Assembly: GCA_050014195.1 (NCBI GenBank)
Contig: JBEKDT010000001.1
Location: 384,001 to 448,000, forward strand
Direction of reading: 5' to 3'
DNA length: 64,000 nucleotides
From: Desulfomonilia bacterium
GTDB lineage: Bacteria > Desulfobacterota > Desulfomonilia > UBA1062
Shown here piece by piece: positions 19,988 to 29,491 of this stretch (position 1 is the first letter of the stretch; each line of letters begins with the position of its first letter). The position numbers were made by a program, and so were the translations under genes. Under the pieces are notes generated by a model. The model searched no databases. It was not told the DNA's origin and saw nothing but the letters and a program-made list of their open reading frames with translations.

Positions 19988-21049
19988 TTAACCAGTAATG
20001 CTTGACCACCTCGACACGGCATTCATATCCAGGGTTGCATAATGACCATCCCTGAAATGTCTAAGGCTCGCGATCCCTATCATGACTGCGTTATCGGTAC
20101 AATACTTCCTCTCAGGGATGACGAGGCGTATCCCCTCTTCTGCGGTCTTCTGTTGCAGTGCCTCGCGCAAGGCCGTGTTGCTCGCCACCCCACCCGATAC
20201 TACGATGAGTTCCATGCCGTGATCCTTTGCAGCCTTGATGGCCTTGGTCACGAGCACATCCACCACTGCCGCTTGAAAGGCTGCAGCGATCACGGGTATG
20301 AGCTGCTCTTTGCCGGGCCTGGGCTTCTTCGGTTCAGGCAGTCCTGAAAACCGAAGATCGAGTCCGTCAAAGATCTCGGACTTGATCACGAGATTCAGGA
20401 CCGCAGTCTTGAGCCCGGAGAAGCTGAAGTCATAACTGTTGTCGTTCATCATGGGCCGCGGCAGGTCAATGCCGCTGTGGTCCACGCCTGTTGCAATCTT
20501 CTCGATCATCACACCGCCCGGGTAGCCCAGGTTCAGGAGCTTTGCCACCTTGTCAAAGGCCTCTCCGGCTGCATCATCGATGGTCTGACCGATCTGGGTG
20601 ATATTGGTTTCACTTTGGACGTTATAGAGCGACGTATGACCGCCGGAGACCACCATGCCCATATGTGGATAAGTCAGCTCATGGCCTATCTTGGCTGCAC
20701 ACAGGTGGCCTTCGAGATGGTTGATACCGCACAGAGGAATGCCCAGGCCGTAGGCAAGGGCCTTGCCATAGGAGATCCCCACCAGCAGCGCGCCGATGAG
20801 CCCCGGCCCTTGCGTGACGGCAATGCCGCCAAGGGCTTTGAGAGTGATACCGGAGAGCTTCATGGCCTCATCAACCACGGGTACGATGAGCTCAATGTGC
20901 CTTCGGGATGCAATCTCCGGAACAACACCGCCGAACACGGCATGGTCAGCCACCTGGCTGGCCACCACATCGGAAAGGACCTTGCCTTCGCCTGTTACCA
21001 CAGCGGCAGCAGTCTCATCACAGGAGGTCTCAATGGCAAGGATATACAT
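19988..21049 (-). CDS. tsaD: t6A synthesis protein TsaD
   Basis: IETSCDET, GGVVPEIASRRH, NHLEGH, SGGHT, DDAAGEAFDK, CTDNA. Confidence 0.96.
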   Translation of the reverse strand: MYILAIETSCDETAAAVVTGEGKVLSDVVASQVADHAVFGGVVPEIASRRHIELIVPVVDEAMKLSGITLKALGGIAVTQGPGLIGALLVGISYGKALAYGLGIPLCGINHLEGHLCAAKIGHELTYPHMGMVVSGGHTSLYNVQSETNITQIGQTIDDAAGEAFDKVAKLLNLGYPGGVMIEKIATGVDHSGIDLPRPMMNDNSYDFSFSGLKTAVLNLVIKSEIFDGLDLRFSGLPEPKKPRPGKEQLIPVIAAAFQAAVVDVLVTKAIKAAKDHGMELIVVSGGVASNTALREALQQKTAEEGIRLVIPERKYCTDNAVMIGIASLRHFRDGHYATLDMNAVSRWSSITG

Positions 21050-21097
21050 GGCATCTTCTCATTGGTGATGTTGAGGCCCTCCCACCGGGGAGCCTGG

Positions 21098-21631
21098 TCA
21101 CAGATCGTGACGCGTCAGGAGTGAGCGGACTTCATAGCCCAGGGCCTCAATAGCCTCTCTCCCGCCCTCGCACCGGTCGAAAATCGCCACCACCAGCTCG
21201 ATCTCAAGGCCTGCCTCCTTGATGCGCTCTATGGCTGAGATGGTGCTGGCACCGGTGGTGATGACATCCTCTACAACGATGGCTCGCTGACCGGGCTTGA
21301 TGGGCCCCTCTATCACATTTCCCGTTCCATGTGTCTTTTGGTTCTTGCGTACGAGGAAGGCCATGATCTCCCTCCCCTCCTGATAAGCAGCCAGGCTTGT
21401 TGCAACAGCAATCGGGTCTGCGCCGACGGACATGCCGCCCACCGCATCCACCTTCCTGTTTTTGATGATGTCGGAGATGAGCGAGCCGATAATGGATGCA
21501 CCGACAGGATTCAGCGTCACCTTGCGAAGGTCCACATAGAGGTCGGATTCCTTACCCGATGAAAGCGTGAACTTGCCGAACTTCACTGCATCGTGCCTGA
21601 TGATTTCTTTAAGCTGGTCGATCTTATTCAT
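21098..21631 (-). CDS. pyrE: Orotate phosphoribosyltransferase
   Basis: FTLSSGKES..YVD, RK..KTHG, VVEDVITTG PRPP motif. Confidence 0.93.
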   Translation of the reverse strand: MNKIDQLKEIIRHDAVKFGKFTLSSGKESDLYVDLRKVTLNPVGASIIGSLISDIIKNRKVDAVGGMSVGADPIAVATSLAAYQEGREIMAFLVRKNQKTHGTGNVIEGPIKPGQRAIVVEDVITTGASTISAIERIKEAGLEIELVVAIFDRCEGGREAIEALGYEVRSLLTRHDL

Positions 21632-22919
21632 GGAAGACCCTTTCAAAGATGGTGTGTATATGGGCAAGGTGGTGGGAGAGGTCAAAGAGGTCTTCGATCT
21701 CCTTTTTCCCAAGCACCTTCATGATGTCTTTATCCTTCTTAAGTAGTGTTTTGAAATCTGTATCGCCCTCCCAGACCTTTAAGGCATTGCGCTGAACCCA
21801 TGCATAGGCCTCATCTCGCTGTATCCCCTTTTCAACCAGCGCCAGAAGCACGTTCTGTGAGTGCCACAGGCCCTTGGTGAGCTCCAGGTTCTTTTTGATA
21901 TTCTCAGGGAAGACTCTAAGTCCTTCAATGATGGCTGTTAGCCTTGTGAGCATAAAATCAAGAACGGTTGTTGCATCCGGGCCGATGACCCGTTCAACGC
22001 TTGAGTGGCTGATGTCGCGTTCGTGCCACAACGCCACGTCTTCCAGGGCCGAGACGCAGTAACCTCGCAGCAGGCGTGCAAGCCCGGTGATATTCTCAGA
22101 GCCTATAGGGTTCTTTTTGTGCGGCATGGCGGATGAGCCCTTCTGGCCTTTGCCGAATGGCTCCATGGCCTCCAGCACTTCGGTACGCTGGAGGTGTCTG
22201 ATCTCGGTGGCGATCTTCTCCAGGCTTGCCCCAATGATGGCGAGCGTGGCAAAGAACTGCGCATGCCTGTCACGCTGAAGTACCTGGGTGCTGATGGGTG
22301 CAGGCTTCAAGCCCAGCCTCTTGCATACATATGCTTCCACACTTGGGGGCACGTTGGCGAAGGTGCCCACAACACCGGATATCTTTCCGTAGGCGATTAT
22401 ATCAAGGGCATCCTCCATACGTTTGAGGTTCCGCTCCATCTCAGCATACCATAAGGCGAACTTGAGACCGAATGTGATGGGTTCTGCATGGATCCCATGG
22501 GACCTGCCCATGGCAGGGGTATCCCTGAATTCATAAGCCCTCTTCTTGAGCGCCGCCATGAGACCTTTGATGTCTTCGAGGATAACAATGCTGCTCTCTT
22601 TGAGCTGCAGGGCATAGGCCGTGTCCAGCACATCGGAAGAGGTGAGCCCCATATGGATGAACCGGGCATCCTCGCCCACGTATTCACCCACGCAGCTTAC
22701 GAATGCGATGACATCATGGCGGGTTACGGCCTCAATCTCTTCGATGCGCACCATGGTAAAGCGTGCCTTTTTCTTGATGGTCGCAAGACTTTTCTTGGGG
22801 ATCCTACCGAGTTTTGCCCAAGCCTCGCACGCGGCCATCTCCACATCGAGCCATTTCTGGTAACGGTTCTCATCGGACCAGATCACTTGAAGCTGTTTCC
22901 TGGTATATCGTGGTATCAC
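21624..22919 (-). CDS. purB: Adenylosuccinate lyase
   Basis: MIPRY, RHDV, GRSHGIHAEP, GSSAMPHKKNP. Confidence 0.96.
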   Translation of the reverse strand: MIPRYTRKQLQVIWSDENRYQKWLDVEMAACEAWAKLGRIPKKSLATIKKKARFTMVRIEEIEAVTRHDVIAFVSCVGEYVGEDARFIHMGLTSSDVLDTAYALQLKESSIVILEDIKGLMAALKKRAYEFRDTPAMGRSHGIHAEPITFGLKFALWYAEMERNLKRMEDALDIIAYGKISGVVGTFANVPPSVEAYVCKRLGLKPAPISTQVLQRDRHAQFFATLAIIGASLEKIATEIRHLQRTEVLEAMEPFGKGQKGSSAMPHKKNPIGSENITGLARLLRGYCVSALEDVALWHERDISHSSVERVIGPDATTVLDFMLTRLTAIIEGLRVFPENIKKNLELTKGLWHSQNVLLALVEKGIQRDEAYAWVQRNALKVWEGDTDFKTLLKKDKDIMKVLGKKEIEDLFDLSHHLAHIHTIFERVFHE

Positions 22920-23839
22920 TTCTTCATTACCCTCCGGTCGATCATGTAATTGCTTCCCTCAAGCCCCTTGAGATACTTTTTGATGTCAGTTGCATCCTGT
23001 GAGGCCTGACCATAATGGGTGTAGTGTGCGCCTTCATTGTGAATAACCGCAATGGATATGGTCATAACGGAGTATTCCCGCACTTTGCCGTCCCTTTCTG
23101 AAGATACAATGACTCCCTGGTCCAGGTCTTCGTCATCGTAGAAGTTCCTGATGACCATATCGAACCTGGAGATCATCTCTTCACACAAAGACCTGACACG
23201 ATCACCAGGGCAGATGAATACGAAATCGTCCCCGCCGATATGGCCCACGAAAGTCTTCTCCTCATTGATCTCTTTGAGGGCATTCGCGATGATCCTGCCG
23301 GTGGCGATAATGACCTCATCCCCCCGGGAATAACCATAGCGATCATTGAAGGGCTTGAAGTTGTCTATGTCCACCCATGCAATGGCAATTTCCTCGCCCG
23401 CATCAAACATGCCCTGGATATACCGGATGATGGACTCATTCCCGGGCAGCCTGGTGAGCGGGTTCATATCCACTTCCCGTATGGCCCGCTTGAATATGAA
23501 CTGGATGCGCCGCTTGATGGAAAGATCACTCTCGTCTGTGTCGAGATAATCATCAATGGAGATGTCCTGCCAGGGAGCGGCCTCGAGCTCAGACTTGCCC
23601 AGAAAGGCCACGATGGGGACGTGTCCGAAAATGGTGTTGCTCCTGAATTCCCGTACGATCCCTCCCCCCTTGGACAACAAATACCCGCCATCGATGAGTA
23701 TGAGGTCCGGGGGGTCCATGTAGATCATGGAGATAACATCCTGGTTCCCTGTCATGACCTGAAAAGAGTCGAACATGGAGTCTATGAGCTCACTGAAATG
23801 GTTGTCAGCACTTTCCTGTACGATAAAAACGGCCCTCAC
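22916..23839 (-). CDS. Diguanylate cyclase (degenerate REC + GGDEF domain, GGDDF variant)
   Basis: NPLTRLPGN, DIDNFKPFND.YG..RGD, GHIGGDDF. Confidence 0.85.
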   Translation of the reverse strand: MRAVFIVQESADNHFSELIDSMFDSFQVMTGNQDVISMIYMDPPDLILIDGGYLLSKGGGIVREFRSNTIFGHVPIVAFLGKSELEAAPWQDISIDDYLDTDESDLSIKRRIQFIFKRAIREVDMNPLTRLPGNESIIRYIQGMFDAGEEIAIAWVDIDNFKPFNDRYGYSRGDEVIIATGRIIANALKEINEEKTFVGHIGGDDFVFICPGDRVRSLCEEMISRFDMVIRNFYDDEDLDQGVIVSSERDGKVREYSVMTISIAVIHNEGAHYTHYGQASQDATDIKKYLKGLEGSNYMIDRRVMKK

Positions 23840-23843
23840 ATTA

Positions 23844-24689
23844 TCACTCCACAGGCCCCTGTTGATACATTTCCACTTCCTCAAGATCATCCATTATCCG
23901 TTTCATGAGCTTTGGCAGATCCACGTTATCCATCCCTATAGTGTCCCATGCCTTGTGAGAAATTTGTCCCACCCACGGATCCCCTCCGTTGCCGATGCCG
24001 CAGGCCCTCACGATTGCGTCTGCGATGTGTACCACTGCTACCCTGTCCTTGAATCTCACGGCGGCGTCCGGATCGTGGTGTCCTGCAATGGGGATAGCAA
24101 GCTTTTCCGGCAGGTTCCATTCCCTTGAAAGCCACTGGCCTATCTCGGAGTGGTCAACGCCTAAGATCTCGATCTCGGCCTCGCGGAAAGAGATCTGCTT
24201 GGCATTCACCACATCCACAATCTTGTCATAGTCCGCCGTCAGGGAGACCCTCACCAGGACCTTGCCGATATCATGGAGCAGGGCAGCAGTGGATATCTCC
24301 TCCGGCTCACTCAAGCCTAAAGTCCTGCTGATGGTGCCGGAAACAATGGCCGCTCCCAGCGAGTGCTCCCAGAGCCCTACCATGGTGCGCTCCATGAGGT
24401 CAAATACCGATGCCGACAGGACCACGCCCTTGATCACGTTGAATCCCAAGAGGATGATGGCATGACTGATGGAAGAAATCCTGCCCGGGAACCCGTAAAA
24501 AGGTGAATTCACCAGCTTGAGCACCCGGGCACCCAGGACCTGGTCCGACGAGATGAGCTTGCCCACATCCTTGGGTGAGACATCGGGGCTTTCCACCATG
24601 GTCATGAGCTTCTCCACCACCTTGGGAAGCGTTGGCAGGCTCTGGATTTTCCGGGCGAGTACCTTCAGGTGCTGGACCTTGGTGCTCAT
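23844..24689 (-). CDS. HDOD domain signalling protein
   Basis: LPTLP, LKLVNSPFYGF, LWEHS, LLHDIGK, WNLP, HH. Confidence 0.9.
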   Translation of the reverse strand: MSTKVQHLKVLARKIQSLPTLPKVVEKLMTMVESPDVSPKDVGKLISSDQVLGARVLKLVNSPFYGFPGRISSISHAIILLGFNVIKGVVLSASVFDLMERTMVGLWEHSLGAAIVSGTISRTLGLSEPEEISTAALLHDIGKVLVRVSLTADYDKIVDVVNAKQISFREAEIEILGVDHSEIGQWLSREWNLPEKLAIPIAGHHDPDAAVRFKDRVAVVHIADAIVRACGIGNGGDPWVGQISHKAWDTIGMDNVDLPKLMKRIMDDLEEVEMYQQGPVE

Positions 24690-25033
24690 GGTCGGCCTCC
24701 TTCCGTAGCGCACTCAGCTTCCTTTTCGGCCTCCAGGGACAAGATGGCGCTCTCAATGGCTGATTGGATCTTCTGCATGAGGGGGTCGTCCTGAACCCGG
24801 GAGAACCTCATCTTCAGCTCTTCGATCTTCTGCTCCTTGGTCTTGGTTTCACACCCGAGATCCACAGGATGCCCTTTCAGGGTAACATGTGAGACATTCA
24901 TCCGCTTGAGCCGTTCGATGATGGTGTCGCTCAGCTCGGTGCCCTCGGCGCACAGCGCCATGCCGGCCTCGTTGGTAATAGGCCTGGCCAGCACCATACC
25001 GGGTTTCACCAGTTCTATGGGAACCTTCTGCAT
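24686..25033 (-). CDS. Small protein resembling the N-terminal region of HD-GYP proteins
   Basis: PGMVLARPI..G..L..G..L...I.RL pattern; overlaps the HDOD start. Confidence 0.7.
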   Translation of the reverse strand: MQKVPIELVKPGMVLARPITNEAGMALCAEGTELSDTIIERLKRMNVSHVTLKGHPVDLGCETKTKEQKIEELKMRFSRVQDDPLMQKIQSAIESAILSLEAEKEAECATEGGRP

Positions 25034-25052
25034 AAGCGCCTCCTTAAAGTAC

Positions 25053-26960
25053 TTACTTAACCCGCGCACCAACCTTGGGTGCCTGATCAAAGCTTAAAAG
25101 CGTCAAAGACCCGCCTGCTCCGTCGGTAGCGAGTAACATGCCTTCGCTTGCAAGCCCCATGAGTTTTGCAGGTTTCAGGTTTGTCACTACCGCAATATGC
25201 TTGCCTGCAAGTTCTTCGGGCTTATATGACTTCCCGATACCGGCAACGATCTGGATGGTCCTTCCCACATCCACCTTAAGGATTATGAGCTTATCGGACT
25301 TCTCCACTGCCTGAGCCTCCATGATCCTGCCGGCCTTGATCTCGACACGGCCGAACTCGCTGATGTCGATGAGGTTCTCCGGTGCATGGTCCGCCTTCTT
25401 GCCGGTCTTGACCTTTGGTTCCTCTTTCTGCTCACCCATTTTTCCCACCCTGGGGAACAGGGCCTGGACCTGGCCGATCTTCACCCCCGGCATAAGCTGC
25501 CCGAATGTGCTCAGGCCGGCAAGAGAAACATCGCCGTTTGTCCCGATGAGCTTAAGGATTTTCCTTGATATCCCGGGCATCACCGGGAAGACAAGCACCG
25601 AGACAAACCGTATGGATTCCATGATATGGTACATGACCGTAGCTAGCCGCTGCATATTATTCTTGGCCAATTCCCAGGGCGCGGTGCGGTCGATGTACTT
25701 ATTCAGGGCCGAGACCAGAGACCACACGGACATGAGTGCCGTGTGGAGCTCCAAGGATACCATCTTTACCATGTAGTCGTCCCTGACCTTCTCGGCAAGC
25801 TCACTGAGCTCTCTGTCCATATCCTGGGCGGCTCCATCTGCAGCCGGAAGGATGCCGCCAAAGTACTTGGACACCATCATCGTACTCCTGCTCACCAGGT
25901 TGCCAAGGTCATTGGCCAGGTCCGCGTTGTAGCGCTCGATGAGGGCCTCTTCCGAGAAGTTGGAGTCGAGCCCGAAGACCATGTCGCGGACCAAAAAGTA
26001 ACGGAAGGCATCCACCCCGTATTTGTTCTTCATCTCGAGCGGGTCCACCACATTGCCCAGGCTCTTGGACATCTTGGTGGCATCAACGTTCCAGAAGCCG
26101 TGTACATTGAGATGCTTGTAGGGCTCGACCCCTATGGCCTTCAACATAGTTGGCCAGTACACGGCATGGGGTTTGAGGATGTCTTTACCAACGAGATGCT
26201 GGGTTTCCTTCCAGAAGTCCTTGAATTGTTCACCATCAGGGTAGCCGATGCCGGTGAGGTAGTTGATGAGCGCATCAAACCATACATAACAGACAAAATT
26301 GGTGTCAAAGGGCAATTCGATCCCCCAGGAGAGCCTCTTCTTGGGCCTGGATATACATAGGTCATCAATCGGCTCGCGGAGCATGCCGAGCACTTCATTC
26401 TTATAGCGATCGGGTCTGATGAAGTCTGGGTTGGTCTTGATGTACTCGATGAGCCAGGGCCGGTATTTCTCCATCTTGAAGAAGTAGTTCTGCTCCTGGA
26501 CAAACGTTAAAGGCGTCAGGTGGATGGGGCATTTGCCGTCCACCATCTCGGTCTCGGTCATGAAGCGCTCGCAGCCTGTACAGTAGTGGCCGCCGTATTC
26601 CCCGAAGTAGATGTCTCCTTTGTCGTATACATCCTGAAGGATCCGTTGAACGGTTTTCACGTGATCAGGCTCTGTGGTGCGGATAAAACGGTTGTTCTCC
26701 ACCTGGATCTGGGGCCAGAGGTCGCGAAAGCGCTGGCTGTTTTCATCCGCGAGGGCTTTCGGCGTGGTGCCGAGTTCCTTGGCGGTCTCCATGATCTTGT
26801 CGCCATGCTCGTCCGTGCCGGTGAGAAAGAAGACATCTTCCCCCAGGAGCTTGTGAAAGCGGGCGAGGACATCGGCAATGACCGTAGTGTAGACATGGCC
26901 GAGGTGAGGCTTCGCATTCACATAATAGATGGGAGTGGTAACATAGAAATACTGCTTCAT
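25053..26960 (-). CDS. metG: Methionine--tRNA ligase
   Basis: YVTTPIYY, HLGH, GTDEHG, YVWFDAL, KMSKS, C-terminal tRNA-binding domain. Confidence 0.97.
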   Translation of the reverse strand: MKQYFYVTTPIYYVNAKPHLGHVYTTVIADVLARFHKLLGEDVFFLTGTDEHGDKIMETAKELGTTPKALADENSQRFRDLWPQIQVENNRFIRTTEPDHVKTVQRILQDVYDKGDIYFGEYGGHYCTGCERFMTETEMVDGKCPIHLTPLTFVQEQNYFFKMEKYRPWLIEYIKTNPDFIRPDRYKNEVLGMLREPIDDLCISRPKKRLSWGIELPFDTNFVCYVWFDALINYLTGIGYPDGEQFKDFWKETQHLVGKDILKPHAVYWPTMLKAIGVEPYKHLNVHGFWNVDATKMSKSLGNVVDPLEMKNKYGVDAFRYFLVRDMVFGLDSNFSEEALIERYNADLANDLGNLVSRSTMMVSKYFGGILPAADGAAQDMDRELSELAEKVRDDYMVKMVSLELHTALMSVWSLVSALNKYIDRTAPWELAKNNMQRLATVMYHIMESIRFVSVLVFPVMPGISRKILKLIGTNGDVSLAGLSTFGQLMPGVKIGQVQALFPRVGKMGEQKEEPKVKTGKKADHAPENLIDISEFGRVEIKAGRIMEAQAVEKSDKLIILKVDVGRTIQIVAGIGKSYKPEELAGKHIAVVTNLKPAKLMGLASEGMLLATDGAGGSLTLLSFDQAPKVGARVK

Positions 26961-27952
26961 GAGCCCTTGCTCCTTTTTTTCCGTGCGTTGCGGTTGCGTG
27001 ACCTCTTTCTCTTCGGTTTGGGCTTGATGGCGATCATGGGCTGCATGGGAAGCTCTTCTGCCGCCCGTTCTTCTTCCATGAGGACCTCCCTCTCCTTATC
27101 CTGGGCCGGGGATTTCTGGTCGCCGAGTTGCTGAAATTCTTCCTCGGTGAGGATATCCGAGACATTGGCCTTGACGAATCGCCTGTCCGTAAGTTTTGCC
27201 ACAAAGGTCTGGTTGATGACATTGATGCTCACCACGGTAGCTTCACCCTCATCGAGATAGACCTTTTTGCCCGGCTTGGGGAGATTCTCGATAAGGTTTG
27301 CATAGGACTCCTTTTCGTAGGCCAGGCAGCACTTGAGCTTACCGCACAACCCAGAGATCTTGGTTGGGTTCAGCGTCATGTTCTGGTTCTTCGCCATCTT
27401 CACGGATATCCGCTGGAAGTTCGTCAGGAAGGTGGCGCAGCAGAGCTCCCTGCCGCAGCTCCCGATTCCGCCGAGCATAGCGGACTCCTGTCTGGTTCCT
27501 ACCTGCCTCAGCTCGATCCTGGTGTGGTAATGCTCCACCAGGTCTTTGAGCAGTTCCCTGAAATCCACCCTTCCCTCTGAAACGAAGGAGAAGGTGATCT
27601 TATTCTCATCAAAGAGCTGCTCTACCCATATGAGCTTCATGGGCAATCCCCGGGCACTGATCCGCTCAAGACAGAATGCATAGCATTCTTTTTCCTTGGC
27701 ATGAATCCGCTCGAGCTTTTCTGTATCCTCTACCGTCATCTTGCGGATGACCGGTTTGATCTCTTCCAGCCCGGAGGCTTCATCCTCTCTTGTGTATCCC
27801 ATGACCCGTGCCGCACAGAGCCCCGCCTCAGTGCTCACGATGACCATCTCCCCCTGGTTGAGCTCAAGGTCCAGAGCATCAAAGATGTATGGGGTCGGTA
27901 TACTATCGAATCTCACACACACGAGTCGTCTTGGTTTTTCTCTATTTTCCAT
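26957..27952 (-). CDS. ricT: PSP1/RicT (YaaT) family protein
   Basis: RVDFRELLKDL, RIELRQ, CGRELCC, KISGLCGKLKCCL; next to metG. Confidence 0.9.
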   Translation of the reverse strand: MENREKPRRLVCVRFDSIPTPYIFDALDLELNQGEMVIVSTEAGLCAARVMGYTREDEASGLEEIKPVIRKMTVEDTEKLERIHAKEKECYAFCLERISARGLPMKLIWVEQLFDENKITFSFVSEGRVDFRELLKDLVEHYHTRIELRQVGTRQESAMLGGIGSCGRELCCATFLTNFQRISVKMAKNQNMTLNPTKISGLCGKLKCCLAYEKESYANLIENLPKPGKKVYLDEGEATVVSINVINQTFVAKLTDRRFVKANVSDILTEEEFQQLGDQKSPAQDKEREVLMEEERAAEELPMQPMIAIKPKPKRKRSRNRNARKKRSKGS

Positions 27953-28069
27953 CAATACCATGTTAGCAACCATACATCATATATTTCAAGTGCATCTTTG
28001 AGAGAAGTTGATCATTGAGGATATTTATGTGATAAGTGGACTAGTCAGCGCGTCCTTTACGGAGATAAT

Positions 28070-28699
28070 ATGACACTTTGGGAGTTTTTTATAAAAGGCG
28101 GCCCCTTGATGTGGCCTCTGTTTGCATGCTCCATCATCGCTTTTACCATTATTATAGAACGGCTGTTCGCCCTACGACACGACCAGATCATCCCCAAGGA
28201 ACTTGTCGAAGAGGTGGAGAGGCTCATCCGTTTGGGGAGGCTTGGTGATATTGAGCAGCTCCTGAAGAAGAGCTCCTCCCCCATGTGCCCCATCATCATG
28301 ACCGCCGTCAAGAATGCCGGCCTCCGCCGCGAGGTCATCAAGGAATACATGGAGGAAGCAGGTGCGACGGAAGGATATACCATGGAGCGGTATATCGACA
28401 TCTTGGGCATCATTGCAGCGATCGCTCCTCTGCTCGGATTTTTGGGTACCGTCGCGGGCATGTTCACCTCGTTTAAGGCAATGAGCACAACCCTTGAGCA
28501 CTCCAGCCGGCTCTTCGCCTCAGGCATCTCAGAGTCCCTCATTACAACGGTTATGGGTCTAGCAATCGCAATACCGGTATACATATTTTATCGGCTTCTC
28601 ATTGCACGCAGCGACTACCTCCTCATGGAGATGGAAATGACCTCTGCAAGAATCCTCGAATGCCTGAAGGGTGAAACATATGAGGTTCAGACGGAATAA
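28070..28699 (+). CDS. MotA/TolQ/ExbB proton channel protein
   Basis: GGPLMWPL, APLLGFLGTVAGM, GISESLITT..GL.IAIP. Confidence 0.92.
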   Translation: MTLWEFFIKGGPLMWPLFACSIIAFTIIIERLFALRHDQIIPKELVEEVERLIRLGRLGDIEQLLKKSSSPMCPIIMTAVKNAGLRREVIKEYMEEAGATEGYTMERYIDILGIIAAIAPLLGFLGTVAGMFTSFKAMSTTLEHSSRLFASGISESLITTVMGLAIAIPVYIFYRLLIARSDYLLMEMEMTSARILECLKGETYEVQTE

Positions 28700-29057
28700 A
28701 CACAAAAGAAGAATTGCATTTATCGACACCACACCTGTCGTGAATGTTGTATTTCTGCTCCTGATTTTTTTCCTGCTCTCGATAGGCGTACCGTACGGAC
28801 TGAAATCGGGGTCTATGGCAGGGGCTAGCGGAACTCCCGCTACCGGTCCAATGACCATCATTGTCATGCCTGATAAAGTTCTTATTGATGGCAAACCAGT
28901 GAGCGAACAGGTCCTGCCGGGGCTTCCACATAACAGGGATATCCTTATACTTGCATCTCGGAATATCCCCTATTTCAAAGTAAGTAGTGTCCTGGATGTC
29001 CTGAGAACATCCGGACACACACGGCTTTCACTCTCAACAAGACCCGTAAAGGACTAA
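28680..29057 (+). CDS. ExbD/TolR family protein (Asp replaced by Asn in the TM helix)
   Basis: TTPVVNVVFLLLIFFL TM motif; downstream of exbB-like gene. Confidence 0.8.
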   Translation: MRFRRNKHKRRIAFIDTTPVVNVVFLLLIFFLLSIGVPYGLKSGSMAGASGTPATGPMTIIVMPDKVLIDGKPVSEQVLPGLPHNRDILILASRNIPYFKVSSVLDVLRTSGHTRLSLSTRPVKD

Positions 29058-29128
29058 GGGCTCGCTTTTTTTCTATCTTGTATCAAAAGGTTTGACTTAG
29101 TAGTATTATCTCATTAATATTATTGAAA

Positions 29129-29491
29129 ATGAAGCGAATCCTCATCATAGAAGACGACAAGAATATCCAGGAGCTACTCCGCCAAGAGCTCAACGATGAA
29201 GGTTATGCCATCACTATTGCCTCAAACGGGAAAGAGGCCTTGTCTGTCTTGAAAGGCAAAGATAATGAGAAGCCGGATCTTATTATCCTTGACCTGAGAA
29301 TGCCGGCCATGGATGGTTTTGAGACCATGGGGCACATCCTGAAGCTTAAAGATGAGACCCCGGTGATCATCCACACGGCATACCCCAGCTACAAGGATGA
29401 TGCACTGGCCATTGCGGCTGACGCGTTTGTCGTGAAGTCACATGATTTAACCAAGTTAAAGAATGCAATCTTTGAATTGATTGGGAAATAA
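29129..29491 (+). CDS. Single-domain response regulator
   Basis: ILIIEDD, DLIILDLRMP.MDG, HTAY, VVKS. Confidence 0.9.
   Translation: MKRILIIEDDKNIQELLRQELNDEGYAITIASNGKEALSVLKGKDNEKPDLIILDLRMPAMDGFETMGHILKLKDETPVIIHTAYPSYKDDALAIAADAFVVKSHDLTKLKNAIFELIGK

Noticed and set aside
22916-23839. Possible Hypr GGDEF (3',3'-cGAMP synthase as in Geobacter GacA)
   Set aside because: The specificity position keeps Asp (..YSRGDEV), not the Ser/Thr of Hypr enzymes
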